Shown one piece after another: positions 48,668 through 58,125 of a DNA stretch of 64,000 bases; the first letter of the stretch is position 1; each line of letters opens with the position of its first letter. The translations under genes were made by a program, and so were the position numbers. The notes beneath the pieces are model-generated. The model did not search any database, was not told the origin of the DNA, and saw nothing but the letters and a program-made list of their open reading frames with translations. The DNA is from Pseudobdellovibrionaceae bacterium. GTDB taxonomy: Bacteria > Bdellovibrionota > Bdellovibrionia > Bdellovibrionales > Bdellovibrionaceae. Location: the NCBI GenBank assembly GCA_039810425.1, contig JBDHWW010000001.1, forward strand, positions 64,001 to 128,000, in the 5' to 3' direction.

Positions 48668-50722
48668 CTAAAGTAAATTCATAGGGTCTACATCAAGAAG
48701 GATTTTAATACCTGTGGGTAACCATTCTTCATGACCCATCGTTTGTCGAGCAAACGTATTGATCACATTGGATTGCGGTCCTTTTAGGAGCAAGTGAAAA
48801 CGGAATTGCCCCCGCAGCTTTGCCAGGGGAGCTTCTGCCGGACCCAGGATTTCCACGAGTTCATATTGAGGAAACTGGGCCCTCAAAGCTTGAGCGCGCT
48901 TAGCCAAAAGTCGAGCGGCATCTTGAACAACCCTCAAGTGGTTTCCTTGAATACGGAAACCAATAATTTTTCCTGCGGGTGGATAGCCCAATTGGGACCG
49001 GTTTGTTAACTCTTGCTGAGCAAAGCCCTCGAAGTCATGTTTCTGTGCGTAGATAAGGCTTTCGTGCTCAGGATTGAAAGTTTGGATAATCACGCACCCG
49101 GGGCTTTCACCCACTTTGATATGACGGCCGGAGCGACCGCTCATTTGTGTGATTAACTGAAAACTTCTTTCAGTCGCACGGAAATCCGGCAAATTAAAAC
49201 CAACATCGGCAAGGACAAGTCCCACGAGTTTCAACTTCGGAAAATCGAGGCCCTTTGCGATCATCTGTGTTCCAACCAGAATATCAATTGTGCCGTCCTC
49301 CATCTCAGCAATGAGATTTTCAAGATCCGCGCGGTTCTGAATTTCATCGCGGTCCGCACGAGCCACTTTTTTACCGGGGAAAAGCGCGGTCAGGTCTTTT
49401 TCTAAAAGCTCCGTCCCCAGACCCATTGCCTCGAGATGCCCTTCGGAACAATCCGGGCATTTTTCTTTGAAACTCTCGTGATAGTCACAGTAGTGGCAGA
49501 CGAGGTGCGAATGATGATGCAACGTCAGGTTAATATCGCAATTCGGACACTCACGAGTGTGACCGCATGCCGGGCAGATCACCATCTGTGCAACGCCCCG
49601 GCGATTCAGAAACAGTGCCGCCTGGTCGCCGTTTTCTAGAGTGGCTTTCATTTTCTCAAATAGCCGCGGGCTCATCCAGAATGGGACTTCAGAGTATCTT
49701 TCTTGTTTTTCTTTTTGCGCTTCTTCAGAGGCCTTTTCCCCGCGTAAGTCCACCACCAGCATTTCTGGTAGGGACCGGTTCGCGACACGGTTTCTGAGAG
49801 TATGAAGGTGATATTTTCCTTCCGTCGCATTTTTCCAAGTTTCCAGGCTTGGAGTGGCCGAGCCTAAAACAATCGGGCAGTTTGCTTGCTTTGCCAACAT
49901 CACCGCCGCATCACGCCCGTGGTACTTCAACTTTTCGTCTTGTTTGTAACTGGGCTCATGCTCCTCATCGACAATGATAAGACCCAGATTTTGAATCGGG
50001 CAGAACAGGGCGGAGCGCGCGCCTATCAAAATCGATTTACGCCCTTCGACGATATCCCACCACTGAGTCGTGCGTTCACGATCTGTGAGTTGGGAGTGAA
50101 GGGCGGCGATCTTGTCGCCGAAACGGCGAACAAAACGCTGAATCAGCTGCGGCGTCAAAGAGATCTCGGGGACGAGAACGATCCCAATTTTACCCTGCGC
50201 CAACGTTTGCTCCAGCAGACGTAAGTAGACTTCAGTCTTACCGGACCCGGTGACGCCAAAAACCAAGTGCGACGAAAACGCATCGAACCTCGCGATGCCA
50301 TCGACGGTTTGTCTTTGCTCCAGGGTCAATTCTGGAGGGGTATCCGCTTTCATATCCGGAATCACCGGCGGGCGCTTGGATTTGCGAAGCTTTTCTTTTC
50401 TTTCTAGCGGCGGGTAAGTCAATTGAACGACTTGGCCGATCGGATGGATATAGTAGTGCGCCAGCCACTCCAGCCATTTGATAAAATGTTCCGGCAAAGT
50501 TGGATATTCTTCATCCAAACTCGCGATGGCTTTTAACTTAATTTCTGGATCAAGAGCGGCTGTTGAAGGACCAAGAACGAGTCCCTTGGTGACACGTTTT
50601 CCGAGTGGGACGTTCACCAACTGGCCTCTTTGCAGCGGTGGAAGTTCCGGGGCGTGCAAGTAGGTCAGGGCCTCTGGAAGTGGAGCATCAACAGCGATCT
50701 TCCAGAAAGGCGTCTCGGTCAT
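48668..50722 (-). CDS. priA: Primosomal protein N'
   Basis: GVTGSGKTEVY, VPEISLTPQ, DEEH, four CxxC pairs, GTQMIAKGLDFP. Confidence 0.96.
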   Translation of the reverse strand: MTETPFWKIAVDAPLPEALTYLHAPELPPLQRGQLVNVPLGKRVTKGLVLGPSTAALDPEIKLKAIASLDEEYPTLPEHFIKWLEWLAHYYIHPIGQVVQLTYPPLERKEKLRKSKRPPVIPDMKADTPPELTLEQRQTVDGIARFDAFSSHLVFGVTGSGKTEVYLRLLEQTLAQGKIGIVLVPEISLTPQLIQRFVRRFGDKIAALHSQLTDRERTTQWWDIVEGRKSILIGARSALFCPIQNLGLIIVDEEHEPSYKQDEKLKYHGRDAAVMLAKQANCPIVLGSATPSLETWKNATEGKYHLHTLRNRVANRSLPEMLVVDLRGEKASEEAQKEKQERYSEVPFWMSPRLFEKMKATLENGDQAALFLNRRGVAQMVICPACGHTRECPNCDINLTLHHHSHLVCHYCDYHESFKEKCPDCSEGHLEAMGLGTELLEKDLTALFPGKKVARADRDEIQNRADLENLIAEMEDGTIDILVGTQMIAKGLDFPKLKLVGLVLADVGFNLPDFRATERSFQLITQMSGRSGRHIKVGESPGCVIIQTFNPEHESLIYAQKHDFEGFAQQELTNRSQLGYPPAGKIIGFRIQGNHLRVVQDAARLLAKRAQALRAQFPQYELVEILGPAEAPLAKLRGQFRFHLLLKGPQSNVINTFARQTMGHEEWLPTGIKILLDVDPMNLL

Positions 50723-51573
50723 CGAAACCTCGAGTAAAAGTCGAGAACGACATCTTTCGCAGGCTGATTGGCTAAACCATCCAGCTTCGCATTGATGTCA
50801 AGCGCAGACGATTGGAATGTATGGGCCGGCAAAGCTCCGCGGTGCGAAGTCACCCCGATCAAACGGATCGTCACAGTGTTTTGACCCCAGCGGATCGTAC
50901 GTACTTTTGGATAATTGAGCCCACGTGCATATTGATTATAATTATCCGCAGTTACTTCCACCTGGCTTGGCAAACGGAACTTACGAATCAAGAATTGATC
51001 TTGTTCAATCCAGAATCCCGGATTGCTGCTGCCATCCACCGGAGATGGGACGCCAAATGCATAGTTCACAGTGCCGCCAGTGCGAGACAAACGAACGAAT
51101 TCATCGGGTTCATATTTAAACGCCTCGAGATTTTTTTGCGGAAGCTTTTTCGCAAAGGCATTTGCCGGCAAGATTTTGAAATTCATCAAGGTGCTTGCCA
51201 ACTGATCCGTTGAACGGAAGTTAAAATATTTTTCGAGGAAGTCTTCTGCAATACGAGAGTTCTGTTTACTGCCGTTGTAAGACCAGCGCTGGCCACCAGC
51301 ATAGATAAACTGCATTTTGATCTGATCTTTCAGATCTTTTGTTCCCGTTACAGTCACTTTCATGGTGCGATCGTTTTCAATCAGCCAGGTTTCTTTCAAA
51401 AACAAAGAGTCCTGAGCGTTGTTGAACTGAACTTCTTGCTCGATGGAGTAAACACCACTGCCGGCATTTTCAGCTGTTCTTTGCAAAATCATGCGAGCTG
51501 GTGGAATGTAGGCAAACGCCACCGGTATAAAAGCGACCAGTGAGACCAATAGAATTGAGATTTTTTTCATCAT
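50719..51573 (-). CDS. Secreted hypothetical protein (possibly LolA-like fold)
   Basis: Signal peptide ...PVAFA|YI; coupled between galU and priA; FWIEQDQF..RK segment. Confidence 0.6.
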   Translation of the reverse strand: MMKKISILLVSLVAFIPVAFAYIPPARMILQRTAENAGSGVYSIEQEVQFNNAQDSLFLKETWLIENDRTMKVTVTGTKDLKDQIKMQFIYAGGQRWSYNGSKQNSRIAEDFLEKYFNFRSTDQLASTLMNFKILPANAFAKKLPQKNLEAFKYEPDEFVRLSRTGGTVNYAFGVPSPVDGSSNPGFWIEQDQFLIRKFRLPSQVEVTADNYNQYARGLNYPKVRTIRWGQNTVTIRLIGVTSHRGALPAHTFQSSALDINAKLDGLANQPAKDVVLDFYSRFR

Positions 51574-52469
51574 GCGAAAGTTCCGTTCTTAAGTTTTTCT
51601 GACACCTGCAGAATATAGTCCTTAAGCCCGGCTTGCAATTCTGGATTTCGGAGTCCCAGCTCTATATTGGCCTGAAGATAACCTAATTTATCACCCGCAT
51701 CAAAACGGCTGGCCTTAAACGTCATTGCATTGAGGCCCTTTTGATCACAAAGCACCTTCATGCTGTCCGTGAGCTGAATTTCACCACCCAGGGAGGGTTT
51801 TGCGTGCTTCAAAATTTCCATGAGTTCGCCATCAAAAACGTAGCGGCCCGGCAGAGCCCAACGGCTTTTGGTCTCTGTGGACTTGGGTTTTTCGACCAAC
51901 GACGTTACTTTAAAAAGGCCTGATTTTTGCTCATCAACTTCCGCGATGCCGTATTTGGAAACATCTTTTGCTGGAACTTCCATGATCGCAATTGTTGAAG
52001 TGTCCGTTTCATTGAACGAGTTCACGAGTTGCGCCGTTACGTTGGGTTCACCATGGAAGCCCATAGTGATTTCATCACCGAGTAAAACCGCGAAAGGATC
52101 TTTACCGACAATCGGCTGACCCATCAATACCGCGTGACCCAAACCCAGAGCCTGTTTCTGGCGGATACTGATGATGTTCGCCATGTTACGGATTTTGGTC
52201 AGACGCTCAAGCAAATGACTTTTTCCATCTTTGGCCAAGCGGTCCTCAAGTTCATAGGAAGTATCAAAGAAATCTTCGATGGCGTGCTTTCCGCGCCCTG
52301 CAATCAGCACAATGTCTTCGATACCAGCCTTTACGGCTTCTTCGACGACATAGAAAATGATTGGGGCATCCACAATCGTGAGCATCTCTTTAGGGACTGT
52401 TTTAGTTGCCGGAAGGAAACGAGTTCCTAACCCGGCAGCCGGGATAATTGCTTTTTTTACTTTAGACAT
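51570..52469 (-). CDS. galU: UTP--glucose-1-phosphate uridylyltransferase
   Basis: KAIIPAAGLGTRFLPATK..PKEML, RQ..ALGLGHAV, VEKP, GEIQLTD. Confidence 0.95.
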   Translation of the reverse strand: MSKVKKAIIPAAGLGTRFLPATKTVPKEMLTIVDAPIIFYVVEEAVKAGIEDIVLIAGRGKHAIEDFFDTSYELEDRLAKDGKSHLLERLTKIRNMANIISIRQKQALGLGHAVLMGQPIVGKDPFAVLLGDEITMGFHGEPNVTAQLVNSFNETDTSTIAIMEVPAKDVSKYGIAEVDEQKSGLFKVTSLVEKPKSTETKSRWALPGRYVFDGELMEILKHAKPSLGGEIQLTDSMKVLCDQKGLNAMTFKASRFDAGDKLGYLQANIELGLRNPELQAGLKDYILQVSEKLKNGTFA

Positions 52470-52595
52470 GTTTAATAAGTCTCAGACGTTTCATTTTAAG
52501 ACAAGTCCTAAACCCGCCTGTCTCAATTTGTAGTAGGCGCCGCTTTTTGGAACAGCGCTCAGAATGAACGTGTTACTCTGAACTCGGGGGATTCT

Positions 52596-53876
52596 ATGAG
52601 GGCCGACGTGCGTAGTTATCTGCTAAAATCGTTATCTGCTGTTTTTGCGTGCGGAACGCTCGTTTTTGCCTTTCAAAACTGCGGAAAAGCAGGCTTTGAT
52701 TCGGCAGCTGAGACAACTGAAAATCTTGCTTCTGTGGGTTCAGACAGTGCGGCTCCTTTCGCATTCAATGCAACTTTTGATCAGATTACTTATAACTCTT
52801 GTTTTGGCATAGGCCTTAGCGCAAACCCCGGCTATTTCACAATCAAGGCCGGATCCTATGATGGCGGGGGTGTGAATTTAACCTCAAACTTCGTTAGCTA
52901 TGTGAACTCAAAACTCAAACCACAGTATCCTGCAACGACTGTCACCGTTGAACAGATGAAGTCCTATGTTGGTGAAACTGTTGAAAACAACTTGGCAACA
53001 CTGCAAATGGCTCTGCGCACCCGCGGCGCGCCACAACAAGTGCGCAACCCAACCGGTTCAAACCCCGCTTTGAATACCGACTATGTGAACCTGATGACCG
53101 ATTTGACTGATGACCGCATCATGGAGCCTGTGTTCAGATCGATGGGAGCTGTTGTGAACTACTTCCCATTGGCGGCGACGGCGGCTCAGCGCGTGATGGA
53201 AGCTAAAATCACTTACAATGGTGATGAAGGTGTTGCTTATAGCCTTCGCAACGATCTTTCCAACAACGGTATGCTTGCGTTGACTTACACAGGCCCTACG
53301 GGAACCTCCGCATATGCGGCGAGAATGCCTTCGTCAACTACAGACGCGTCCATTGCTTACGGCCGAGGCTATATGATGCAGTTCGCGGCGGATATCGCTC
53401 CGTTGACTCAAGCGATCGCTCAAAGCACAGCAGTGGCTCCGAATTCGCGCAATCCGAACAATATTCTTGTTGGTATTCAAGAGACGGATCTTGCGAATCC
53501 TTCGGCAGTTGGAGCGAGCTGGGACTGTTCAAGCTCGGTGGATGGACGAGGTGCTCGTCGTTATGCGATCGTGAAACCTGCGGATGCTCCTATTTTTTGT
53601 CCAGCGGACTCCATTGATCGTATGGGTAGCCCGAACTATCGCCGCGAACTTGAAATCATCCGTCGCCATTTGCCGGCTTCCCAATGGGATGTCAGCATTG
53701 ACCGCCGTTGTGTCGTGCCGAAGTCGGGAACTTGCTATAATAATGCTGCCGGTACTTCAGAAGACACGGTTGAGTACGACCAAAGAAACGAATGTTATCA
53801 AGGTTTGCAAGGTCTTGCGAACCGGGACATTACAAAGCGCTGTGCCCAGTATATTTCAATCTGCCTTCGCAACTAA
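52596..53876 (+). CDS. Cys-rich exported protein/lipoprotein with FQNC signal motif
   Basis: LVFAFQNC lipobox-like signal; many Cys in the C-terminal half. Confidence 0.75.
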   Translation: MRADVRSYLLKSLSAVFACGTLVFAFQNCGKAGFDSAAETTENLASVGSDSAAPFAFNATFDQITYNSCFGIGLSANPGYFTIKAGSYDGGGVNLTSNFVSYVNSKLKPQYPATTVTVEQMKSYVGETVENNLATLQMALRTRGAPQQVRNPTGSNPALNTDYVNLMTDLTDDRIMEPVFRSMGAVVNYFPLAATAAQRVMEAKITYNGDEGVAYSLRNDLSNNGMLALTYTGPTGTSAYAARMPSSTTDASIAYGRGYMMQFAADIAPLTQAIAQSTAVAPNSRNPNNILVGIQETDLANPSAVGASWDCSSSVDGRGARRYAIVKPADAPIFCPADSIDRMGSPNYRRELEIIRRHLPASQWDVSIDRRCVVPKSGTCYNNAAGTSEDTVEYDQRNECYQGLQGLANRDITKRCAQYISICLRN

Positions 53877-53891
53877 GCGGTGGCTGCACTG

Positions 53892-55004
53892 TTAGAATTG
53901 CGCGACTTTCGCGTGTAATAAATTCTCGGCAAAAACCGGATAAGGGCGTAGGAACTTGAGCGGATCCACCATGCGTCCTTTTTGTCTGACGGCAAAGTGC
54001 AGGTGCGCTTTCGTGCAATAGCCGGTGCAGCCGACTTCGCCAACACGGTCGCCGGCGTTGAGTTTTAAGCCGAAGCGAATGCGGGCGTCGAGTTTGCGCA
54101 TGTGATTGTACGAAGTCTCAACGCCGTTCCCATGCATCAGTACAATGTAATTGCCGGCCGCCCTGTTCTTACCAAAGCGAACAACCGTGCCGTTGCGGGC
54201 GGCATAGATCGGAGTGCCCTCCGGCAGCTCAAAGTCCACGCCTAAGTGGGGCTGTATTTTACGAGTGATCGGGTGACGGCGATGAGGTTGGAATAAACTT
54301 GCCAAGCGAAGATAAGACACCGGCGCATAAAACGGCCGACTCTTCAGTAAGTCATTTTCCGTGATAAAAACACCGCCGTTTTTTTCGATCGTCACGTATC
54401 TTTTTTGAATGTTATTGCCACGTATCGCGAGGGAAGTTTGCAAAACCTCGCCATAGCGGATGAAGAATGGGCCATCGTATTTTTTCTCAACCGTCAGCCA
54501 GAACTTCGCTCCGCGCTCCAGGCCGCGATTCAAGTTGTAATCCATGATGTAGGCATCCACAAAACGCGATGCCACCCAGTTGCTATTCACCTTATTGAGA
54601 ATGCTTGCCATCAGCGAGCCGCGGACCTGGCCGTCGTAACGAGCCACACTCGTTTTGAAAACGGCTTGAGCCTTCTTAGCTTCAAGACCCCGTGCTGACT
54701 TCTTGATTACAAAGACGATAGGCTCTTGCGGATCATACAGGCGCATTTCGGTTGTGCCCCCCTGGGTGCGAACCAGATACCCCACGTCGAGCTGCAAATA
54801 CAGGTGACGCAGGTCCGGAGCCATCGCCAAGGCCTGGCCCCGCTCCGTTTCAGTAAAGCCATTGCGTTTCATCAAAGACACAACATTGTCGCCCGTCCGG
54901 ACTTTTTTTGCGATAAAGCCATTGGCGCCGGCGAAAGCTCTTTGATAGGATAACAGCGAAAAAATCATCCAACTCGTGAAGACGAAACGGTAGAGGTACT
55001 TCAA
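53892..55004 (-). CDS. M23-family murein endopeptidase (MepM-like)
   Basis: RRHPI...HLGVDF...GTPIYA, Y.HM, HLHF. Confidence 0.9.
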   Translation of the reverse strand: MKYLYRFVFTSWMIFSLLSYQRAFAGANGFIAKKVRTGDNVVSLMKRNGFTETERGQALAMAPDLRHLYLQLDVGYLVRTQGGTTEMRLYDPQEPIVFVIKKSARGLEAKKAQAVFKTSVARYDGQVRGSLMASILNKVNSNWVASRFVDAYIMDYNLNRGLERGAKFWLTVEKKYDGPFFIRYGEVLQTSLAIRGNNIQKRYVTIEKNGGVFITENDLLKSRPFYAPVSYLRLASLFQPHRRHPITRKIQPHLGVDFELPEGTPIYAARNGTVVRFGKNRAAGNYIVLMHGNGVETSYNHMRKLDARIRFGLKLNAGDRVGEVGCTGYCTKAHLHFAVRQKGRMVDPLKFLRPYPVFAENLLHAKVAQF

Positions 55005-55849
55005 TGCTCAATCCTTTAAGCGTGTTAAAACATCCTGTTTTACTGAGCCTTTATTTTATATCTAGTTTGGCTCACGCCCAAAGTTTTTCTAGCGCTGTTA
55101 CGGACGGTGTGGCCGGTGCGGGCAGGGCTGCGGTCGAGGCCGGGGATGTCAACTACCTGAATCCAGCGGGATTAGTCCACTTGAGGGGAAGATATGTTTA
55201 TGCGACGGGAAGCAAAGACGATCTATCCTTAAGTCTAAGCGAATCGAGCCGCGAGGTCGTGGTACCGGCCAGTCTGTCTTATTTGCAGCGAAAAGCAAAG
55301 GACCGCTCTGATCAAGAGGTGAAGTGGAAAGACATGCGGTTGTCGCTTGCCGACTTCGTTGTCGAAAAATTTTCGATGGGGATCACCGGTACGATGAGCA
55401 CCGTGGATTACAAAACCAGTTCCTACAATCAAACGAACGGGAACTTGGGATTGTTCTATACTCCGACGGATCACTTCGGTTTAGCGTACGTTTTTTATAA
55501 TATATTTGGTGGTAAAGACACAGTGCCAGAAGAGGTTCGCGAAGCATCCCAAATGGCCGTGGGCCTGAATTTTATCTACAAAAACTTCGTCCGTTATCGT
55601 TTTGATGTTCTTTCTGCCAGCAATAACAACTTTGGTAAGCCTGCATATATGCTGGGGCTTGAGACCTTGCTCAACGAGTGGTTTATTTTCCGTATCGGGT
55701 ATAAGAACGACATTTTAGCCAGTCAGGAGCTCTTTACTCAGGGCCTTGGCTTTCACGGCCCGGTCTTTTCGGTGGATTATGCCCACCAGGGATCGGTAAA
55801 AGGTGCTAATTTTGATCGTCACTCCATTGACTTGTCCTTTTCCTTTTGA
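55004..55849 (+). CDS. Putative outer-membrane beta-barrel protein
   Basis: Signal peptide ..LAHA|Q; GAGRAA...YLNPAGL (FadL/PorV-like N-terminus); terminal aromatic residue (LSFSF). Start uncertain. Confidence 0.65.
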   Translation: MLNPLSVLKHPVLLSLYFISSLAHAQSFSSAVTDGVAGAGRAAVEAGDVNYLNPAGLVHLRGRYVYATGSKDDLSLSLSESSREVVVPASLSYLQRKAKDRSDQEVKWKDMRLSLADFVVEKFSMGITGTMSTVDYKTSSYNQTNGNLGLFYTPTDHFGLAYVFYNIFGGKDTVPEEVREASQMAVGLNFIYKNFVRYRFDVLSASNNNFGKPAYMLGLETLLNEWFIFRIGYKNDILASQELFTQGLGFHGPVFSVDYAHQGSVKGANFDRHSIDLSFSF

Positions 55850-55884
55850 TACCTAACACCATCCGTTAAACTTGGAGATGAAAC

Positions 55885-56013
55885 ATGGCTTCTAAAACAA
55901 AAAGAACTGAATACATTCGCGAAAAGAAAAGAACTACTAGCGGTACTAAACGTAAAGCAGCTCTTCGCAGCAAAGGTACTACTAAATCTGCAAAGACTCT
56001 TTTTAAAGACTAA
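55885..56013 (+). CDS. 42-aa highly basic small protein (below the ORF-track cutoff)
   Basis: GGAG at 55874-55877; MASKTKRTEYIREKKRTTSGTKRKAALRSKGTTKSAKTLFKD; followed by an intrinsic terminator. Confidence 0.75.
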   Translation: MASKTKRTEYIREKKRTTSGTKRKAALRSKGTTKSAKTLFKD

Positions 56014-56040
56014 ATCATTGATTTAATTGATTTTTTAAAG

Positions 56041-56066
56041 GAAAAGCCGGTAAATCCGGCTTTTTT
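56041..56066. terminator. Bidirectional intrinsic terminator
   Basis: AAAAGCCGG-taaat-CCGGCTTTTTT between the convergent small ORF and tonB-like gene. Confidence 0.85.
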
Positions 56067-56100
56067 CGTTTGTCTTTATCTTATTGTCTAATAGCCAGCG

Positions 56101-57276
56101 CTATTTTCTTAGCTGGCCGCCGGCTTCCATAGCCTCCCCATTCAGGGTCCATTTAAACGGCATTTCCACCCAGCCTTCTTGCCCCGGATAGAACTTCCAT
56201 TTTTTCAGGGCCGCCAGGGTTTTTCCGTCCAGATTACGGTACCCCGTGGATTGGCCGAGTTTAAATTGGGAAAGGCTGCCGTCTTTATTCACGTAAGCAT
56301 AGAACATCGTCTGACCTTCTTGGCGGGCCAAACGCTCATCTTGAGAGTACTGAGGGAACTTATTGCCGGGCATTTGGCGGAGCTGTTCGAGCGAGCGAAC
56401 CCCACCCGGGATCCCCGCAACTTCCTTTGTGGGTGCCGGAGAACCGGAGTCGCCGGTGCCTTCACCCTCAGTGCCCGTACCTTTGCCGTGTGCTTCTTTA
56501 AGTGCGGCGAGGCGGGCATTGGCCTCTTCGCCTTCGCGGGCGATCTGGCCTTCACGAACTGCCGCTGCGCGGGCTTCAGAAGCTTCGCGATCTATGGCTT
56601 GTTGAGCTGCCAAGCGGGCCGCTTTGTCAGCCGCCGCTTTTTCTTTGGCTTCCGCGGCAGCAATTGCAGCAACGTCGGCTTTACGGCGAGCCTCGTCCGC
56701 TTGAGCTGCGGATTTCGCCAGCGCCTGGTTCTCTTGTTCAATTTCGTTCAAGGCATCGCTGCCATCTTGAGCTGCTTTATCGGCATCGCTCTCGAAGGAT
56801 TTCTTTGCGGCAATGACTGCGTTGCGATTTTCGCGGTCGACTTTTTCGAAGTCGTCTTGAAGATCTTTTTCATCCATCTGGGCTACGGCAACTTCGCCAA
56901 TGTCAGAGGTTTCAAGATCCGGAGCGGAGATATCATCTAAAGTGGCCGGTGCCGCCGCAACGGCCTTCGCGATTGGTGCTGGAGCCGCCGGTGGCTCGAT
57001 AGGGGCTGGGGCCGGTGTGGCTTCGCCTTGGGTTTCTGGGGCGTTCGTGCCGTCAGCAATCGGTTTTGCCGCCGTTGTTTCGCTTTCGACTTCAAACTCA
57101 ATCACTTCTTTCTTCGGGAACTCAATGGGCGGAATGCTCATAAGTGCAACCGTCGCGACGAGTGCCGCGTGAAGCATCACTGATAAGGAGATAAAACGCC
57201 CCGACTTATTCTCTGTCAAATCAACGGGCAGCGGTGGTAGTTCGTTGTCGGTTTCTTGTAAGCCTTTAAATTCCAT
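56101..57276 (-). CDS. TonB-family energy transducer with TolA-like Ala/Glu-rich linker
   Basis: N-terminal TM with SxxxH (SVMLH), Pro/Ala-rich spacer, C-terminal PQYS...EG.....VNKDG......STG...LD......KWKF. Confidence 0.85.
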   Translation of the reverse strand: MEFKGLQETDNELPPLPVDLTENKSGRFISLSVMLHAALVATVALMSIPPIEFPKKEVIEFEVESETTAAKPIADGTNAPETQGEATPAPAPIEPPAAPAPIAKAVAAAPATLDDISAPDLETSDIGEVAVAQMDEKDLQDDFEKVDRENRNAVIAAKKSFESDADKAAQDGSDALNEIEQENQALAKSAAQADEARRKADVAAIAAAEAKEKAAADKAARLAAQQAIDREASEARAAAVREGQIAREGEEANARLAALKEAHGKGTGTEGEGTGDSGSPAPTKEVAGIPGGVRSLEQLRQMPGNKFPQYSQDERLARQEGQTMFYAYVNKDGSLSQFKLGQSTGYRNLDGKTLAALKKWKFYPGQEGWVEMPFKWTLNGEAMEAGGQLRK

Positions 57277-57301
57277 GTTCGACTCCTAGATTACTCAGTA
57301 A

Positions 57302-57595
57302 CTATTCAGCCTGAAGAATAGCGATCGAAAGATCCATATCAGAAGATTGCAACCGGGGTCTTTCACGGCGGATCAGAGCCAAAGCCCGCCTCAAGTCTTC
57401 ACCACGAGCAGTGCCATCAGAGAAAGTGAATTCCGCAGCGTCACGCTCCGCAAGTTCGAACACGCGGCGGTTATTTTCAGATTCTTTACGAAGCTGGGTG
57501 ACTGCCTGGAAAGTCTTAGAAGGTGTTGACGAGGCGGCCATGGCGATGTCTGCCATCATGACGGCGGCGAAAACCGCGAAGAGAGTCTTTTTCAT
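57302..57595 (-). CDS. Small secreted hypothetical protein
   Basis: GGAG RBS; signal peptide MKKTLFAVFAAVMMADIAMA; directly upstream of the tonB-like gene. Confidence 0.7.
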   Translation of the reverse strand: MKKTLFAVFAAVMMADIAMAASSTPSKTFQAVTQLRKESENNRRVFELAERDAAEFTFSDGTARGEDLRRALALIRRERPRLQSSDMDLSIAILQAE

Positions 57596-57636
57596 TGAGA
57601 GCTCCTATCCTAAGAGATTTAATCCATTGGGAAAGG

Positions 57637-57652
57637 AGCAAAGTTCTTGCCA
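57637..57652 (-). promoter_or_regulatory. Sigma-54 (-24/-12) promoter candidate
   Basis: Minus strand TGGCAAGAACTTTGCT (GG-N10-GC), about 40 bp upstream of ATG 57595. Confidence 0.6.
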
Positions 57653-58096
57653 GAATTTTGCAGCTTGAGAGGGCGTTCATTTTCAGCTCATCGAAAGGGA
57701 GTGTATCGGTTTTTGTCAGTGTCCAAGGTTTCATGAAGCTTTTACAAACGGCCCGGGGAGGCCCTTTGTCACCAGACCAAGGCTTGGAATTGTGGAAAGT
57801 TGAGACCAATGAGAGAGGTTTTCTGTAAAGAGATCTATGATTTGAAGTCACAAAATAAAGCTGTCATGACGGCGATTACGACTCAAGGTTTGCTGGCAGA
57901 GTTTGCGACCTTAAGCGGAAAAGTGGGCGATACGGACTTGGCACTTGAAAAATTGTCCAATGCCTACGATAGGTCTCATGGTAGCAGCAATGAAAATGGC
58001 GCCGCCAAGTAGTTGTTAAACTTCTAGTCATTTTGAATTTTATACTGGAGAAACCCTGCGAAAACCGTGGGGTTTCTTATTCAGGTCAAAAATTTC

Positions 58097-58112
58097 TGGC
58101 AAGGGAGTTGCT
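58097..58112 (+). promoter_or_regulatory. Sigma-54 (-24/-12) promoter candidate
   Basis: TGGCAAGGGAGTTGCT (GG-N10-GC), 13 bp before ATG 58126. Confidence 0.55.
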
Positions 58113-58125
58113 TAGTTTTCTCCCT

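Noticed and set aside
55000..55010. Divergent genes sharing base 55004
   Set aside because: Probably a longest-ORF artefact; one gene likely starts at a later codon.
56179..56940. 253-aa plus-strand ORF
   Set aside because: Antisense shadow of the Ala-rich tonB-like gene.
57595..58012. Short plus-strand ORFs (77 aa and 70 aa)
   Set aside because: No recognisable motif or clear RBS; they lie in a probable regulatory gap. A gene remnant cannot be excluded.
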